DNA of 64,000 bases from Candidatus Babelota bacterium (lineage in GTDB: Bacteria > Babelota > Babeliae > Babelales > CAIQNR01). The translations under genes and the position numbers were made by a program. Below the pieces are notes generated by a model. It ran no database searches and was not told the origin of the DNA. It saw only the letters and a program-made list of their open reading frames with translations. The stretch is taken from the NCBI GenBank assembly GCA_965658655.1, contig CBFHTA010000003.1, forward strand, positions 32,001 through 96,000. Direction: 5' to 3'. Of the stretch, positions 1 to 9,612 are shown piece after piece; position 1 is the first letter of the stretch; every line of letters starts with the position of its first letter.

Positions 1-650
1 TAAGAGTAAACTGTGTTACCAGCATTTACTACAGATTCAGGAGTTGCAGGAAGCTTAGCAAAAGCAGTTTTTGCAGCAGCAAGAGCAACATCACCTTTGT
101 AGTAACCAAGAACACCAGCAGCTACTAAAGCAGCAGTTGTTTTAGGGTTTTCTTTGATTTTGTTCCATACTTTACCAGCATTACGGTATACAACATAACC
201 AGCACCAGCAACAGCACCTGTGCGTACACCAAAAGTTGTAGGGTTTGCTTTAGCAAAAGTATAAAGATCTGAAGCACCCGCTTTAACAAAGCCAGCACCA
301 GATTTAATACCACTGTAAGCTACAAATGGAGCAGCTTTAACACCATTCCATGCTTGACCAGCACCATTCTTAGTAGCAGCCCATGCTTGGCCTAGTCTAC
401 CAAATTCAACTGTTTCTGTAGCAGATTCCATATGAGATGCAGGTATTCTAGAAGCTAATTGTTTACAGTTTTCAACAAGATTTTCGTTGTCTTGTTTAAG
501 TTTAATTATTTGATCTGCTCTATCAGATGATGTTTTAATAGTACCTGCAAGAGCACCAAACGCACTCGCTGCAGCAGGGATGAATGGATTTGCATTCATA
601 GCAGTAACAGACAATAACATTGCGATTGAAAGTAATTGTTTCTTATTCAT
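1..650 (-). CDS. Secreted Ala/Gly-rich hypothetical protein; 3' end runs off the window
   Basis: Translated by hand (absent from the ORF track). ATG at 650, GGAGG RBS at 656-660, open for at least 216 codons to the edge. Signal peptide MNKKQLLSIAMLLSVTAMNA, a short coiled coil, then 11-residue aromatic repeats. Confidence 0.85.
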   Translation of the reverse strand, partial: MNKKQLLSIAMLLSVTAMNANPFIPAAASAFGALAGTIKTSSDRADQIIKLKQDNENLVENCKQLASRIPASHMESATETVEFGRLGQAWAATKNGAGQAWNGVKAAPFVAYSGIKSGAGFVKAGASDLYTFAKANPTTFGVRTGAVAGAGYVVYRNAGKVWNKIKENPKTTAALVAAGVLGYYKGDVALAAAKTAFAKLPATPESVVNAGNTVYS

Positions 651-746
651 AATAACCTCCGTAATGAAAGAAACGAGAAATATAACCTCACATTTACGCA
701 TAGTCCCGGACTCCACAGCCCTTTTCTGACTTTACGTAGAGACCAG

Positions 747-773
747 CATAAACCATATAAGAAGAGAGTCAAA
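747..773 (-). promoter_or_regulatory. Putative sigma70-type promoter for the 1-650 gene
   Basis: Minus strand TTGACT-16 nt-TATGCT. Confidence 0.4.
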
Positions 774-814
774 CGCCCCCCCAAAAGGGGGTTTTGAGCT
801 TAAATTGGAGTTGT

Positions 815-863
815 AAAAAATAAGCCCGAATCATACAAATAGAAACTATAGTACAATTCGGAC
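815..863 (-). terminator. Rho-independent terminator ending the alpha operon
   Basis: Minus strand GTCCGAATTGTAC...GTATGATTCGGGC, a 13-bp stem with GU pairs, followed by TTATTTTTT just after rplQ. Confidence 0.7.
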
Positions 864-895
864 CAGAATTTTATGTCTAAAAAGACAAGATAAGC

Positions 896-1261
896 TTAAG
901 AGGCTTCAACCCATTCAAGGATAGCCATATCAGCTGTATCACTTGGACGTTTACCCAAAGGGATAATACGCGTATAACCGCCTGGGCGATCTACGTAGCG
1001 AGGCGCAATCTCTTTAAAAAGCTTTAAAATCGCTTCTTCTTTATAAGGCAACATTGCCTTTACTTGACGACGCGTAATAAACGTATTGCCTTTACGAGCT
1101 TGAGTAACAACCTTTTCAGCCAAACGTTTTACTTCTTTAGCTTGAACTTTAGTTGTTTTGAGCTTGCCATATGTAATCAAATGGATCACGTAGTTACGCA
1201 AAAGCGCTTTTCTATGAGCCGGCTTTACATTAAGCTTTTTTCTATCAATTTGATGTTTCAT
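896..1261 (-). CDS. rplQ: 50S ribosomal protein L17
   Basis: HRKALLRN, KTT..AKE and RPGGYTRI motifs; follows rpoA. Confidence 0.97.
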   Translation of the reverse strand: MKHQIDRKKLNVKPAHRKALLRNYVIHLITYGKLKTTKVQAKEVKRLAEKVVTQARKGNTFITRRQVKAMLPYKEEAILKLFKEIAPRYVDRPGGYTRIIPLGKRPSDTADMAILEWVEAS

Positions 1262-1282
1262 CGCTGTACCTTTACTTCCATA

Positions 1283-2350
1283 TTATTCTTCGTTTGAAGA
1301 AACAGCACCGCCGTCTTTCATAACTTGCTTTAAGTCATCTTCGGTAATGTTTAAACCAAAGGAAAGACCGAATGCTTTCATGCTTTCTTTAACTTCGTTC
1401 AATGATTTACGCCCGAAGTTTTTAATGCGCAGTCCATCATCTTCAGAAAGATTTACCAAATCAACAATACGCTTAATATCCGCATTCATAAGACAATTAT
1501 GTGCTCGAACAGAAAGTTCAAGTTCATCGATTGGTTTCAACAGAAGATCTACAGGAATACCTTTAAGAGAAAGATCACTTGTGCTTTCTTGTTTTACCGC
1601 AACATCTTCTTCTAATGGCTTAGAGATTTCATTAAATGGAATTTCTCCACTTACCAAGAAATGTTCTAACTGAGTACGCATAACAGATACTGCGTAATGC
1701 AATACATCTGTTGGTTTCTCAGAACCATTAGTATGAATTTGCAAAAGAAGTTTATCGTAATCAATTTCTTTTCCAACACGTGTTTTTTGAACATCAAAAG
1801 TTACACGAGTAACAGGAGAGAACATTGCATCTAGATAAATTCTATTATCTTCTTGAAGTGTTTTCCCTTCTGGCCATTGAGCTTCTCTATAGCCACGTCC
1901 GGACTCAACAAAGAACTCAATATCAAGAGAACTGCCTTTTGCGATATGCGCAATTACGTGATCTTTGTTAACAAGTTCTAAATTTTCGTCTGCCTTTATA
2001 TCCGCAACACGAGCTGTCGCTTCGTCTTGTACAGTTAAACGCATTTTCCCTGGTTTGCCATCTTTACTACGCACAACAATTTGTTTGATATTCAAACAAA
2101 CTTGCATTGCATCTTCAACAATACCTGGAATCGCAGCGAATTCGTTATTCACACCTTTAATGATAACAGACGTTACCGCTGCACCTTCTACTCCTCCAAG
2201 CAATACACGACGAAGTGCATTACCTAAAGTAATCCCAAATCCAGGCTCCAGTGGCTGACCAACTAATTCACCAAATTCTGGCGTTATTGTTTTAGCATTC
2301 CACTCTAAGCGTGGAATTGTTAATGACTGATACTCTTTATTCATATGCAT
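1283..2350 (-). CDS. rpoA: RNA polymerase alpha subunit
   Basis: PLEPGFGITLGNALRRVLL; CTD ELELSVRAHNCL and KNFGRKSL. Confidence 0.98.
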   Translation of the reverse strand: MHMNKEYQSLTIPRLEWNAKTITPEFGELVGQPLEPGFGITLGNALRRVLLGGVEGAAVTSVIIKGVNNEFAAIPGIVEDAMQVCLNIKQIVVRSKDGKPGKMRLTVQDEATARVADIKADENLELVNKDHVIAHIAKGSSLDIEFFVESGRGYREAQWPEGKTLQEDNRIYLDAMFSPVTRVTFDVQKTRVGKEIDYDKLLLQIHTNGSEKPTDVLHYAVSVMRTQLEHFLVSGEIPFNEISKPLEEDVAVKQESTSDLSLKGIPVDLLLKPIDELELSVRAHNCLMNADIKRIVDLVNLSEDDGLRIKNFGRKSLNEVKESMKAFGLSFGLNITEDDLKQVMKDGGAVSSNEE

Positions 2351-2393
2351 TCCCCCATACGTTAACTACGCACACCATAGAACTCACTTACCC

Positions 2394-2990
2394 TTACTTG
2401 GAATACAACTCAACAATCAAATGCTCTTCGATCGGCACTTGAATATCTGTACGAACAGGCTTACGTAGCATCTGTCCTTTTCGATCTTTCTTATTGAGCT
2501 CTAACCATTCCGGTACTTTAATACCAATATTTAACCGTTTATCAATCGCTTGCTCTACAAATTGAGTCTTCTTCATAACACTGTCTCTGAAAGTAATAAC
2601 ATCACCTTGAGAAACAAGCAGTGAAGGAGAAAAAACTCTTCTTCCATTGACACACACGTGACCATGAACAATTGCTTGACGCGATTGTGCACGAGTAACC
2701 GCCATTTTAAGACGATAAAGCACATTGTCTAAACGTCTTTCTAACAAACTTAAAAGATTTTCACCTGGTGCACCTTGCTGTCTTGTTGCCAGCGCAAAGA
2801 AACGACGGAATTGCTTTTCACGCATACCATACATTTGTTTTACTTTTTGCTTTTCAAGTAATTGCTTACCATACTCAGAAATCTTTTTTTGGCGTTTGCT
2901 TGGTTGCTTTTTATTTTGCCCCTGGTCGCTACCAGAAGTTTTACCTTTGTTAGCAGGCCCAAACTTTTGATTTTTTTTATTCATAACCAT
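2394..2990 (-). CDS. rpsD: 30S ribosomal protein S4 with atypical N-terminus
   Basis: SEYGKQLLEKQK, LLERRLDN, IVELYSK. Confidence 0.97.
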   Translation of the reverse strand: MVMNKKNQKFGPANKGKTSGSDQGQNKKQPSKRQKKISEYGKQLLEKQKVKQMYGMREKQFRRFFALATRQQGAPGENLLSLLERRLDNVLYRLKMAVTRAQSRQAIVHGHVCVNGRRVFSPSLLVSQGDVITFRDSVMKKTQFVEQAIDKRLNIGIKVPEWLELNKKDRKGQMLRKPVRTDIQVPIEEHLIVELYSK

Positions 2991-2995
2991 GTTAC

Positions 2996-3382
2996 CTATA
3001 CTCTACGTTTCTTAGGAGGACGACATCCATTATGTGGAAGCGGAGTCACATCCCTTAAAACCGAAACCGAAATACCCGATGATTGAAAAGCACGAACAAC
3101 TGAGTCACGGCCAGAACCAGGACCTTGCAAGTTAACTTCAATAGTACGCACACCTAATGGTGCCATTTCTTTTGCAAGAGTCAATCCAATTTGAGTTGCC
3201 GCAAAAGGTGTTCCTTTACGAGCTCCTTTAAACCCAAGCTTTCCTGAACTACAACGCAACAATACTGCTCCCTCTGGAGTTGTAATACTCACCAACGTAT
3301 TATTAAACGTTGATTTAACGTGCGCTACTGCAGATTCAACGCGCATCTTTTTTTGTTTTTTTGATTTCGGTTTATATGCCAT
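2996..3382 (-). CDS. rpsK: 30S ribosomal protein S11
   Basis: STFNNT, GPGSGR, DVTPLPHNGCRPPKKRRV. Confidence 0.98.
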   Translation of the reverse strand: MAYKPKSKKQKKMRVESAVAHVKSTFNNTLVSITTPEGAVLLRCSSGKLGFKGARKGTPFAATQIGLTLAKEMAPLGVRTIEVNLQGPGSGRDSVVRAFQSSGISVSVLRDVTPLPHNGCRPPKKRRV

Positions 3383-3393
3383 AATGATTCATC

Positions 3394-3783
3394 CTATTTC
3401 TTTGTAGCTTTCTTCTTCAACGCCACTGCGTTACCAGATTTACGAGGGCCTTTACGAGTACGAGCATTTGTTTTTGTACGCTGCCCACGAACCGGCAATC
3501 CCTTCTTGTGGCGGAATCCACGATAAGAGCTAATTTCCTGCAAGCGACGGATGTTCATTGAAACTTCTTTGCGGAGCTCACCTTCTACTCTGTAGTTGTT
3601 GGTGATCTCTTTCTGAAGAATAGCAACTTCTTCGTCCGTAAGATCTTTTACTCTTTTATTAAAATCTATTTTCACCTTAGTGAGAATATCTTGAGAAGTT
3701 TTTAAACCAATACCAAACACATACGTCAAACCGTACTCTATACGTTTGCTGTATGGTAGTGTTACACCTTCTATACGTGCCAT
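3394..3783 (-). CDS. rpsM: 30S ribosomal protein S13
   Basis: [24 protein letters not shown]. Confidence 0.98.
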   Translation of the reverse strand: MARIEGVTLPYSKRIEYGLTYVFGIGLKTSQDILTKVKIDFNKRVKDLTDEEVAILQKEITNNYRVEGELRKEVSMNIRRLQEISSYRGFRHKKGLPVRGQRTKTNARTRKGPRKSGNAVALKKKATKK

Positions 3784-3800
3784 AACAATCTAACTCCTGA

Positions 3801-3917
3801 CTAACCTTGCCGTTGTTTATGTCTTGGATTTTTCTTACAAACTACACGAACAGTTTGACCTCTTCGAATAATTCTACAATCCACACACATTTTTTTTACA
3901 GATGTTCTTACCTTCAT
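3801..3917 (-). CDS. rpmJ: 50S ribosomal protein L36, Zn-binding type, 38 aa
   Basis: Hand translation [38 protein letters not shown]; too short for the ORF track. Confidence 0.97.
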   Translation of the reverse strand: MKVRTSVKKMCVDCRIIRRGQTVRVVCKKNPRHKQRQG

Positions 3918-3937
3918 CGTCTATCCTGTATGCTCAT

Positions 3938-4165
3938 TTAGTTTTTATAACGCAATACAATTCTACCGCGACTCAAATCATATGGTGACAACTCTAAAGC
4001 CACCTTATCACCTGGCAAAATACGAATATAGTTCATTCTCATTTTACCTGAAACATGCCCCAGCACTACGTGCCCACCTTCAATCTCCACTCTAAACATA
4101 GCATTAGGCAAAGTCTCTTGAACAATACCATCAATGCGAATTACATCTTCTTTTTGTTTTTTCAT
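3938..4165 (-). CDS. infA: Translation initiation factor IF-1
   Basis: [36 protein letters not shown]. Confidence 0.98.
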   Translation of the reverse strand: MKKQKEDVIRIDGIVQETLPNAMFRVEIEGGHVVLGHVSGKMRMNYIRILPGDKVALELSPYDLSRGRIVLRYKN

Positions 4166-4935
4166 AACTCTATTTCCCCTCCTTTTTGTAGTCTTGTCAA
4201 AATTTTTGGTCCTTGGTCGGTTATTGCAACCGTATCTTCTACATGTGCAGCCAAGCTTTTATCTTTTGTTTTCACTGTCCATCCATCTTCCGTGATGTAC
4301 ACTCCATAAGCCCCTTGTGTAATCATCGGCTCAATAGCAAGAGTCATGCCAGCTCGCAAAACAGGACCTCTCCCCGGCTTACCGTAATTCAGAAGCTCAG
4401 GATCTTCATGCAACTGTTTACCAATACCATGACCAGCAAAGTCTCTTACTACACCAAAACCATGACGTTCCACTTCTGCTTGAATGGCAGCTGAAATATC
4501 AGTAAGTCGATTACCTACACATGCTTGCTCAATACCTTTATCTAATGCGCTCTGAGCAACCTCTGCAAGCTTTCTTGACTCAGGAGTACTTTGAACAATG
4601 AAAAATGTTCTTGCCATGTCTCCACAGTACCCTTTCCAAGAAGCACAAATGTCAATTTTTACTACATCTCCAGGTACCAGTAACTTATCCTTGTTTGGCA
4701 CACCATGAACCACTTCATCATTAACTGAAATACAGCTAACATGCTTATATCCCATATACCCTTTGGTACGAGAAGTCAGCCCTTTTTGAGCAAGACGTTT
4801 TGCAATATCTGCATCAATTTCAAGTGTACTTACACCAGGTCTTAAAAGCGGATGAATTTCTTCAAATATCTGGGCCAATCCCTGGCCAGCTTGCTCCATC
4901 TTACGAAGCGCAAGCTTATTTTTAATGGTAATCAT
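4162..4935 (-). CDS. map: Methionine aminopeptidase type I
   Basis: [31 protein letters not shown]. Confidence 0.97.
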   Translation of the reverse strand: MITIKNKLALRKMEQAGQGLAQIFEEIHPLLRPGVSTLEIDADIAKRLAQKGLTSRTKGYMGYKHVSCISVNDEVVHGVPNKDKLLVPGDVVKIDICASWKGYCGDMARTFFIVQSTPESRKLAEVAQSALDKGIEQACVGNRLTDISAAIQAEVERHGFGVVRDFAGHGIGKQLHEDPELLNYGKPGRGPVLRAGMTLAIEPMITQGAYGVYITEDGWTVKTKDKSLAAHVEDTVAITDQGPKILTRLQKGGEIEL

Positions 4936-5618
4936 TGATGAATATTCGCCACAGTTAAAAAGTTTTCAAATACCTGCTCGGGCGACTGATCAACATTTAT
5001 TTGACCAATCGAGTACCCCTCTTTTTTATAGAAATCTAACAGTGCCTGTGCATGGTAGTGATAAGTACGTAATCGTTCCCGAATAGTTTCAGGATTATCA
5101 TCATCACGAGTAACGAGCTTACCCTGACAAAGATCGCATACTCCTGCTTGTTTAGGCTTAAGCGTATCTACTAATGTAGAATAAACAGCCTGACAAGATT
5201 TATTAGTACACACTTTGCGCGAGCTTAATCGTTTAACAATTACTTCGTCATCAAGCATAAGCTGAAAAACATGTAAGCGTAACGCCCCAAACCCTTCATG
5301 TCCCAACAGATTAATCAAACCTTTAGCTTGAGCTACGGTTCGTGGAAATCCATCAAGAATGATCGCCAAGGTCGAATCTACATTTTTTTCAATCCATTGT
5401 GCTACCATGTCAATGATCACATCATCAGAAACTAGTGTACCAGATTTAATAGCAAAATCTATCTCCTGGCCAATCTTTGTGCCTTCTGACCGGTGCTTTC
5501 GGCATTCATTGCCAGTTGAAAGCTCCTTCCAGCCTAAATTTTTAACACAAGCGCGAGATAACGCCCCCTTGCCTGCCCCTGGTGCTCCCAGAAAAACAAA
5601 TATCTGCTTAGTACTCAA
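4932..5618 (-). CDS. adk: Adenylate kinase with Zn-binding LID
   Basis: GAPGAGKG, LDGFPRT, Cys pairs in LID, RDDD; follows secY. Confidence 0.93.
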   Translation of the reverse strand: MSTKQIFVFLGAPGAGKGALSRACVKNLGWKELSTGNECRKHRSEGTKIGQEIDFAIKSGTLVSDDVIIDMVAQWIEKNVDSTLAIILDGFPRTVAQAKGLINLLGHEGFGALRLHVFQLMLDDEVIVKRLSSRKVCTNKSCQAVYSTLVDTLKPKQAGVCDLCQGKLVTRDDDNPETIRERLRTYHYHAQALLDFYKKEGYSIGQINVDQSPEQVFENFLTVANIHQ

Positions 5619-6928
5619 CGCGCGCCTCGTGCTTTTAATCTACCTGAAGACAAAAAGCCTTCATAATTGTGCTCAATCAAATAAGACTCAATCTGAGACG
5701 ATGTATCTAGAGCAACACCAACCACAATTAGAAGCGCAGTACCTCCAAGATAAAATGGCATTGAAACAACCGCCGCCATAAGATTTGGAAGAATAGCTAA
5801 AATACCCAAATAAGTTGCCCCTACTAAGCCAAGTCTTGTTAAGATATGATCAAAAAATTCAGCTGTTTTTCTACCTGGACGAATACCAGGAACAAAACCA
5901 CCACTTTTTTTAATATTGTCTGCCAGTTCTGTTGGATTAAATACTAATGCTGTATAGAAGAAGTAAAAGAATACAATCAAAACAAACTGCATAACATTAA
6001 ACAATAAACCAGTTTGAGACATCTTTTCATAGATCATTGAAAAAAATTTATATTTTTTCGCCAACATCCCAGTAATAGAAAGTGGAATATTCAATACAGA
6101 TGAAGCAAAAATAACCGGCATCACACTTGCACTGTTGATTTTAAATGGAATGTACGTATTTTGTCCACCGTATACACGGTTACCTATAACGCGTCGAGCA
6201 TATTGAACTGGAATTTTACGATCACCCTTTTCCAAGAAAACAATACATGCAGTAATAAGAATGAAAGCAATCCAAATTAAAACACCTACAACTGCATCAA
6301 GACGACCTGTTTGAACTGCGTGAATCGTTTTAATAACGTAATCTGGAAAACGTGCAACGATACCCGCAAAAATAATCATGGAGCTTCCGTTACCGATACC
6401 AAAAAGCGAAATTTGTTCACCAAGCCACATTACAACCATACAACCAACAGACAAAGATAAAATAAAGATAAACCTAAATGTCCAGTCTGGCTCCAACACA
6501 AGACCATAGGATTCAAGTGCTGCTGCGTACATAGAACTGTAAACGATACTAATACCAAGAGCTAAGTAACGAGTATACTGGTTAATAATACGTCTTCCAT
6601 AGTCACCTTCTTTAAGAAGTTGCTCAAAATAAGGAATCGTAAACCCTAAAATCTGCATCATAATAGAAGCAGTAATATAAGGCATAATTCCTAAAGCAAA
6701 TAAGGTACACTGAGCAAGCGCTCCACCAGAAAACACATCAAGATATCCAAGCAAACCACTTAATTTACTTGCCTGTTGCATGAAATCACGTAAACGAGTT
6801 ACATCAACCCCAATAACAGGAATGTAGGTTCCTAATCGGTAAATAATCAAAACACCCAAGGTAAAAAATACTTTTTTTCTTAACTCGGCAATTGAGAATA
6901 TGTTCTTTAAATTTCTTAAAATGACCAC
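5615..6928 (-). CDS. secY: Preprotein translocase SecY
   Basis: FALGIMPYITASI, GIGNGSS, IPGIRPG-like, GGTALLIVVGV. Confidence 0.98.
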   Translation of the reverse strand: MVILRNLKNIFSIAELRKKVFFTLGVLIIYRLGTYIPVIGVDVTRLRDFMQQASKLSGLLGYLDVFSGGALAQCTLFALGIMPYITASIMMQILGFTIPYFEQLLKEGDYGRRIINQYTRYLALGISIVYSSMYAAALESYGLVLEPDWTFRFIFILSLSVGCMVVMWLGEQISLFGIGNGSSMIIFAGIVARFPDYVIKTIHAVQTGRLDAVVGVLIWIAFILITACIVFLEKGDRKIPVQYARRVIGNRVYGGQNTYIPFKINSASVMPVIFASSVLNIPLSITGMLAKKYKFFSMIYEKMSQTGLLFNVMQFVLIVFFYFFYTALVFNPTELADNIKKSGGFVPGIRPGRKTAEFFDHILTRLGLVGATYLGILAILPNLMAAVVSMPFYLGGTALLIVVGVALDTSSQIESYLIEHNYEGFLSSGRLKARGAR

Positions 6929-6943
6929 TGGTTTAGGCCTTTT

Positions 6944-7384
6944 CTATATAAGATGAATTTCTCCACCACAAGAAGCTATTGCTTCTTTGGCTCCAGCACT
7001 ACACGCATCAACAGTTAAATTGATCTTTTTTGCAAGCTTTCCGCGTCCTAATATTTTAACAAGAACACGAGAACTCTTGAGTAATCCTTTTTCAACAAGA
7101 GCATCTTTAGTAACAGCATCACCATCACTAAAAGCAGTATCAAGTTGATCAAGATTTACCAGATAAAATTCTTTTTTAAATCGAGCATTAGTAAAGCCAC
7201 GCTTAGGCAAACGTCTATGCAATGGCATTTGTCCACCTTCAAATGCTGGTCCTATTTTTCTACCTGCACCTGAACGAGATTTTTGCCCTTTGTGTCCTTT
7301 CCCGGAAGTACCACCACGGCTACCTCCACGACCAACACGCTTACGTTTGCGCGTGATCTTAACTCTGTCATGTAAATTATTCAT
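6944..7384 (-). CDS. rplO: 50S ribosomal protein L15
   Basis: RVGRG, GKGHKGQKSR, FEGGQMPL.RRLPKRGF. Confidence 0.97.
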   Translation of the reverse strand: MNNLHDRVKITRKRKRVGRGGSRGGTSGKGHKGQKSRSGAGRKIGPAFEGGQMPLHRRLPKRGFTNARFKKEFYLVNLDQLDTAFSDGDAVTKDALVEKGLLKSSRVLVKILGRGKLAKKINLTVDACSAGAKEAIASCGGEIHLI

Positions 7385-7919
7385 GGCTGCCCTTCATAAT
7401 TTGTTCGACACTTTTTCCACGAAGCTGAGCAATTCTATTAAGTCCACGCAATTGAGACAAAGCATTCAAAGTCGCTTTAACAACATTCGTTTGATTTGCT
7501 GATCCTAATGATTTAGCTAAAACGTCTTTTACCCCTAAAGCTTCCATCACAGAACGAACTGCACCACCTGCGATTACCCCTGTTCCCTTTGAGGCAGAAC
7601 GAATTAACACAGTACTGGCACCATGACGACCCAATACATTATAAGGAACAGTTGCACCTCGAAGAGGAATCTGTATTAAACTTTTAGATGCACGATTCTT
7701 TGCTTTTGTAATAGCCGCAGCAACTTCACGACTTTTCCCTTGTCCAATACCAATACGACCATTTTGGTCACCTACAACTACTAAAGCAGAAAAACCAAAT
7801 CGCTTTCCACCTTTAGTAACTTTTGTTACACGACGAACTTTAATTGCATAATCGACCATTGTTGATTGATCTTTTGATGCATCTTGTCTTGTACGTTCAG
7901 CCATAATTTTATTCCTCAT
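7377..7919 (-). CDS. rpsE: 30S ribosomal protein S5 (start may be ATG at 7904)
   Basis: RVTKVTKGGKRF, GTGVIAGG. Confidence 0.97.
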   Translation of the reverse strand: MRNKIMAERTRQDASKDQSTMVDYAIKVRRVTKVTKGGKRFGFSALVVVGDQNGRIGIGQGKSREVAAAITKAKNRASKSLIQIPLRGATVPYNVLGRHGASTVLIRSASKGTGVIAGGAVRSVMEALGVKDVLAKSLGSANQTNVVKATLNALSQLRGLNRIAQLRGKSVEQIMKGSHE

Positions 7920-7927
7920 CCATCATA

Positions 7928-8287
7928 CTAAATTTCTAAGCCTCCAGCACGAAGACCCTCAGCTAATGCTTTAACTCGTCCATGATAAAGACGTGGGCCT
8001 CTATCAAATGCTGCTTTTTTAATACCCTTTTCAAGAGCCTTCTTTGCTACCTCAATACCCACTGCATGAGCAATTTCGGTTTTTGATCCCTTGGCATCTT
8101 TAAGTGTAAGAGATGAAACACTCGCAACTGTTGCGTGGTCCACATCTACAATAACTTGTGCATAAATATGTCCGAGACTTCTAAATACCGAGATTCGTGG
8201 AAGCGCTGAGTCATGGTTACGTAAACGATTACGCACCACAAGAGCTCTTTTCTTTTTACGTTTTTTTTCTTTTTTCTGAATTGACAC
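7928..8287 (-). CDS. rplR: 50S ribosomal protein L18
   Basis: PRISVFRS, FDRG..YHGRVKALAEG. Confidence 0.97.
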   Translation of the reverse strand: MSIQKKEKKRKKKRALVVRNRLRNHDSALPRISVFRSLGHIYAQVIVDVDHATVASVSSLTLKDAKGSKTEIAHAVGIEVAKKALEKGIKKAAFDRGPRLYHGRVKALAEGLRAGGLEI

Positions 8288-8318
8288 TTTTAATCCTCTT
8301 AAAGCTTAGGTCTTACTA

Positions 8319-8861
8319 TTAAGCACCCTTAGCTTTTCCTGCTTTACGAATAACAATATCTGTTGTCACACGAACACCAGTACCTTTATAAGGCTCTGTC
8401 GGCTTTAACAAACGAAATTCACCACAAACTTGGCCCATTTTCTGCTTATCAGCAGATTTAACAGTAACAAGCTGGCCTGTTCTATCAACTTCGATTGTTA
8501 CACCTTCTGGTATATCAAAATTAATTTTGTGACTGTATCCAAGAGAAAACTCAACTTGTTTTCCTTTGACTACTGCTTTATAACCCAAACCGGTAATTTT
8601 AACCTGACGTTCGAACTGTTTTGCTGCACCTTCAATTTTACCCGCCAATAGTGCTCTATGCAAACCCCAAATACGGTTCACTTCACGAACTTTTTTATCT
8701 TTTGCTTTAACAAACAATTGATTATTAGCGACTTCAGTTGTCAATTCTTCTGGTAAAACATATACCCCAGAAGCATGTTGACCTTTATAGTGAAGCTCTT
8801 GTCCTTTAACGTCTAGCGTTATACCTTCGAGCTCAATAGGTTTTCTTCCAATTTTTGACAT
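8319..8861 (-). CDS. rplF: 50S ribosomal protein L6
   Basis: MSKIGRKPI, LGYSH, EPYKGTGV. Confidence 0.97.
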   Translation of the reverse strand: MSKIGRKPIELEGITLDVKGQELHYKGQHASGVYVLPEELTTEVANNQLFVKAKDKKVREVNRIWGLHRALLAGKIEGAAKQFERQVKITGLGYKAVVKGKQVEFSLGYSHKINFDIPEGVTIEVDRTGQLVTVKSADKQKMGQVCGEFRLLKPTEPYKGTGVRVTTDIVIRKAGKAKGA

Positions 8862-8872
8862 CTTTTATCCCC

Positions 8873-9274
8873 CTACCACACTCTGCAAAGTATCTCTCCA
8901 CCAACTTTGGCAGAAGAACTTTTTGCTTGTTTGTCAGTCATAACACCGCGATTAGTACTAAGGATCGCAATACCAAGACCACCAATAACGGGCTTAACGT
9001 TTTTAACTTTTTCGTAAATGCGGCGACTTGGCTTACTTACACGCTGAATATCGTGAATAACGGATTCACCCTCAACATATCTTAGCTCAATCTTTATTTT
9101 TTTCCTTAAAGTGTCTGTTGCATCTACTTCAAATCCTCTGATGAACCCTTCTGCTTTAAGAATACGTGCAATCTCTTCATTCATTTTAGAATGCGGCGCC
9201 TCTGCATACGGCTTAGAAGATTTTATTTTGTTTCTAATGATGGTTAAAAAATTACCAATCGTATCGACTGACAT
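8873..9274 (-). CDS. rpsH: 30S ribosomal protein S8
   Basis: LTIIRN, RVSKP, GLGIAILST.RGVMTD, GGEI. Confidence 0.97.
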   Translation of the reverse strand: MSVDTIGNFLTIIRNKIKSSKPYAEAPHSKMNEEIARILKAEGFIRGFEVDATDTLRKKIKIELRYVEGESVIHDIQRVSKPSRRIYEKVKNVKPVIGGLGIAILSTNRGVMTDKQAKSSSAKVGGEILCRVW

Positions 9275-9297
9275 ACTTATAATTCCTTACTCACAGT

Positions 9298-9603
9298 TTA
9301 CCAACTTGCTTTCTTTACACCAGGCAACAAGCCCTGTAAAGCAAGTTTACGAAATTTAATTCGAGAAAGTTTAAACATTCCCATATACCCTCGAGGACGC
9401 CCAGTCAGTTCACAACGATTGCGAACACGTACAGGACTTGAGTTGCGTGGCAAAGCTGAAAGCTTAGCCTGAGCTTCTAAGCGCTCTTGCAGCGAAAGAT
9501 TTTCATCTTTTACTAAAGTTTTTAAACGAGCACGTTCATCTTTGTGTTTTTGAACAAGTCGTCTACGACGATTATTTTTTTCTATAGATGATTTTTTTGC
9601 CAT
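9298..9603 (-). CDS. rpsN: 30S ribosomal protein S14, long Zn-independent type
   Basis: 101 aa; [30 protein letters not shown]. Confidence 0.97.
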   Translation of the reverse strand: MAKKSSIEKNNRRRRLVQKHKDERARLKTLVKDENLSLQERLEAQAKLSALPRNSSPVRVRNRCELTGRPRGYMGMFKLSRIKFRKLALQGLLPGVKKASW

Positions 9604-9612
9604 TCGTTATAC

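Noticed and set aside
125..313. 62-aa Leu-rich ORF in the track
   Set aside because: Alternate frame inside the longer 1-650 ORF, which has the RBS and signal peptide.
771..796. CCCCCCC-AAAA-GGGGG hairpin as a repeat element or terminator
   Set aside because: Single copy that abuts a -35 box; the 815-863 hairpin explains termination better.
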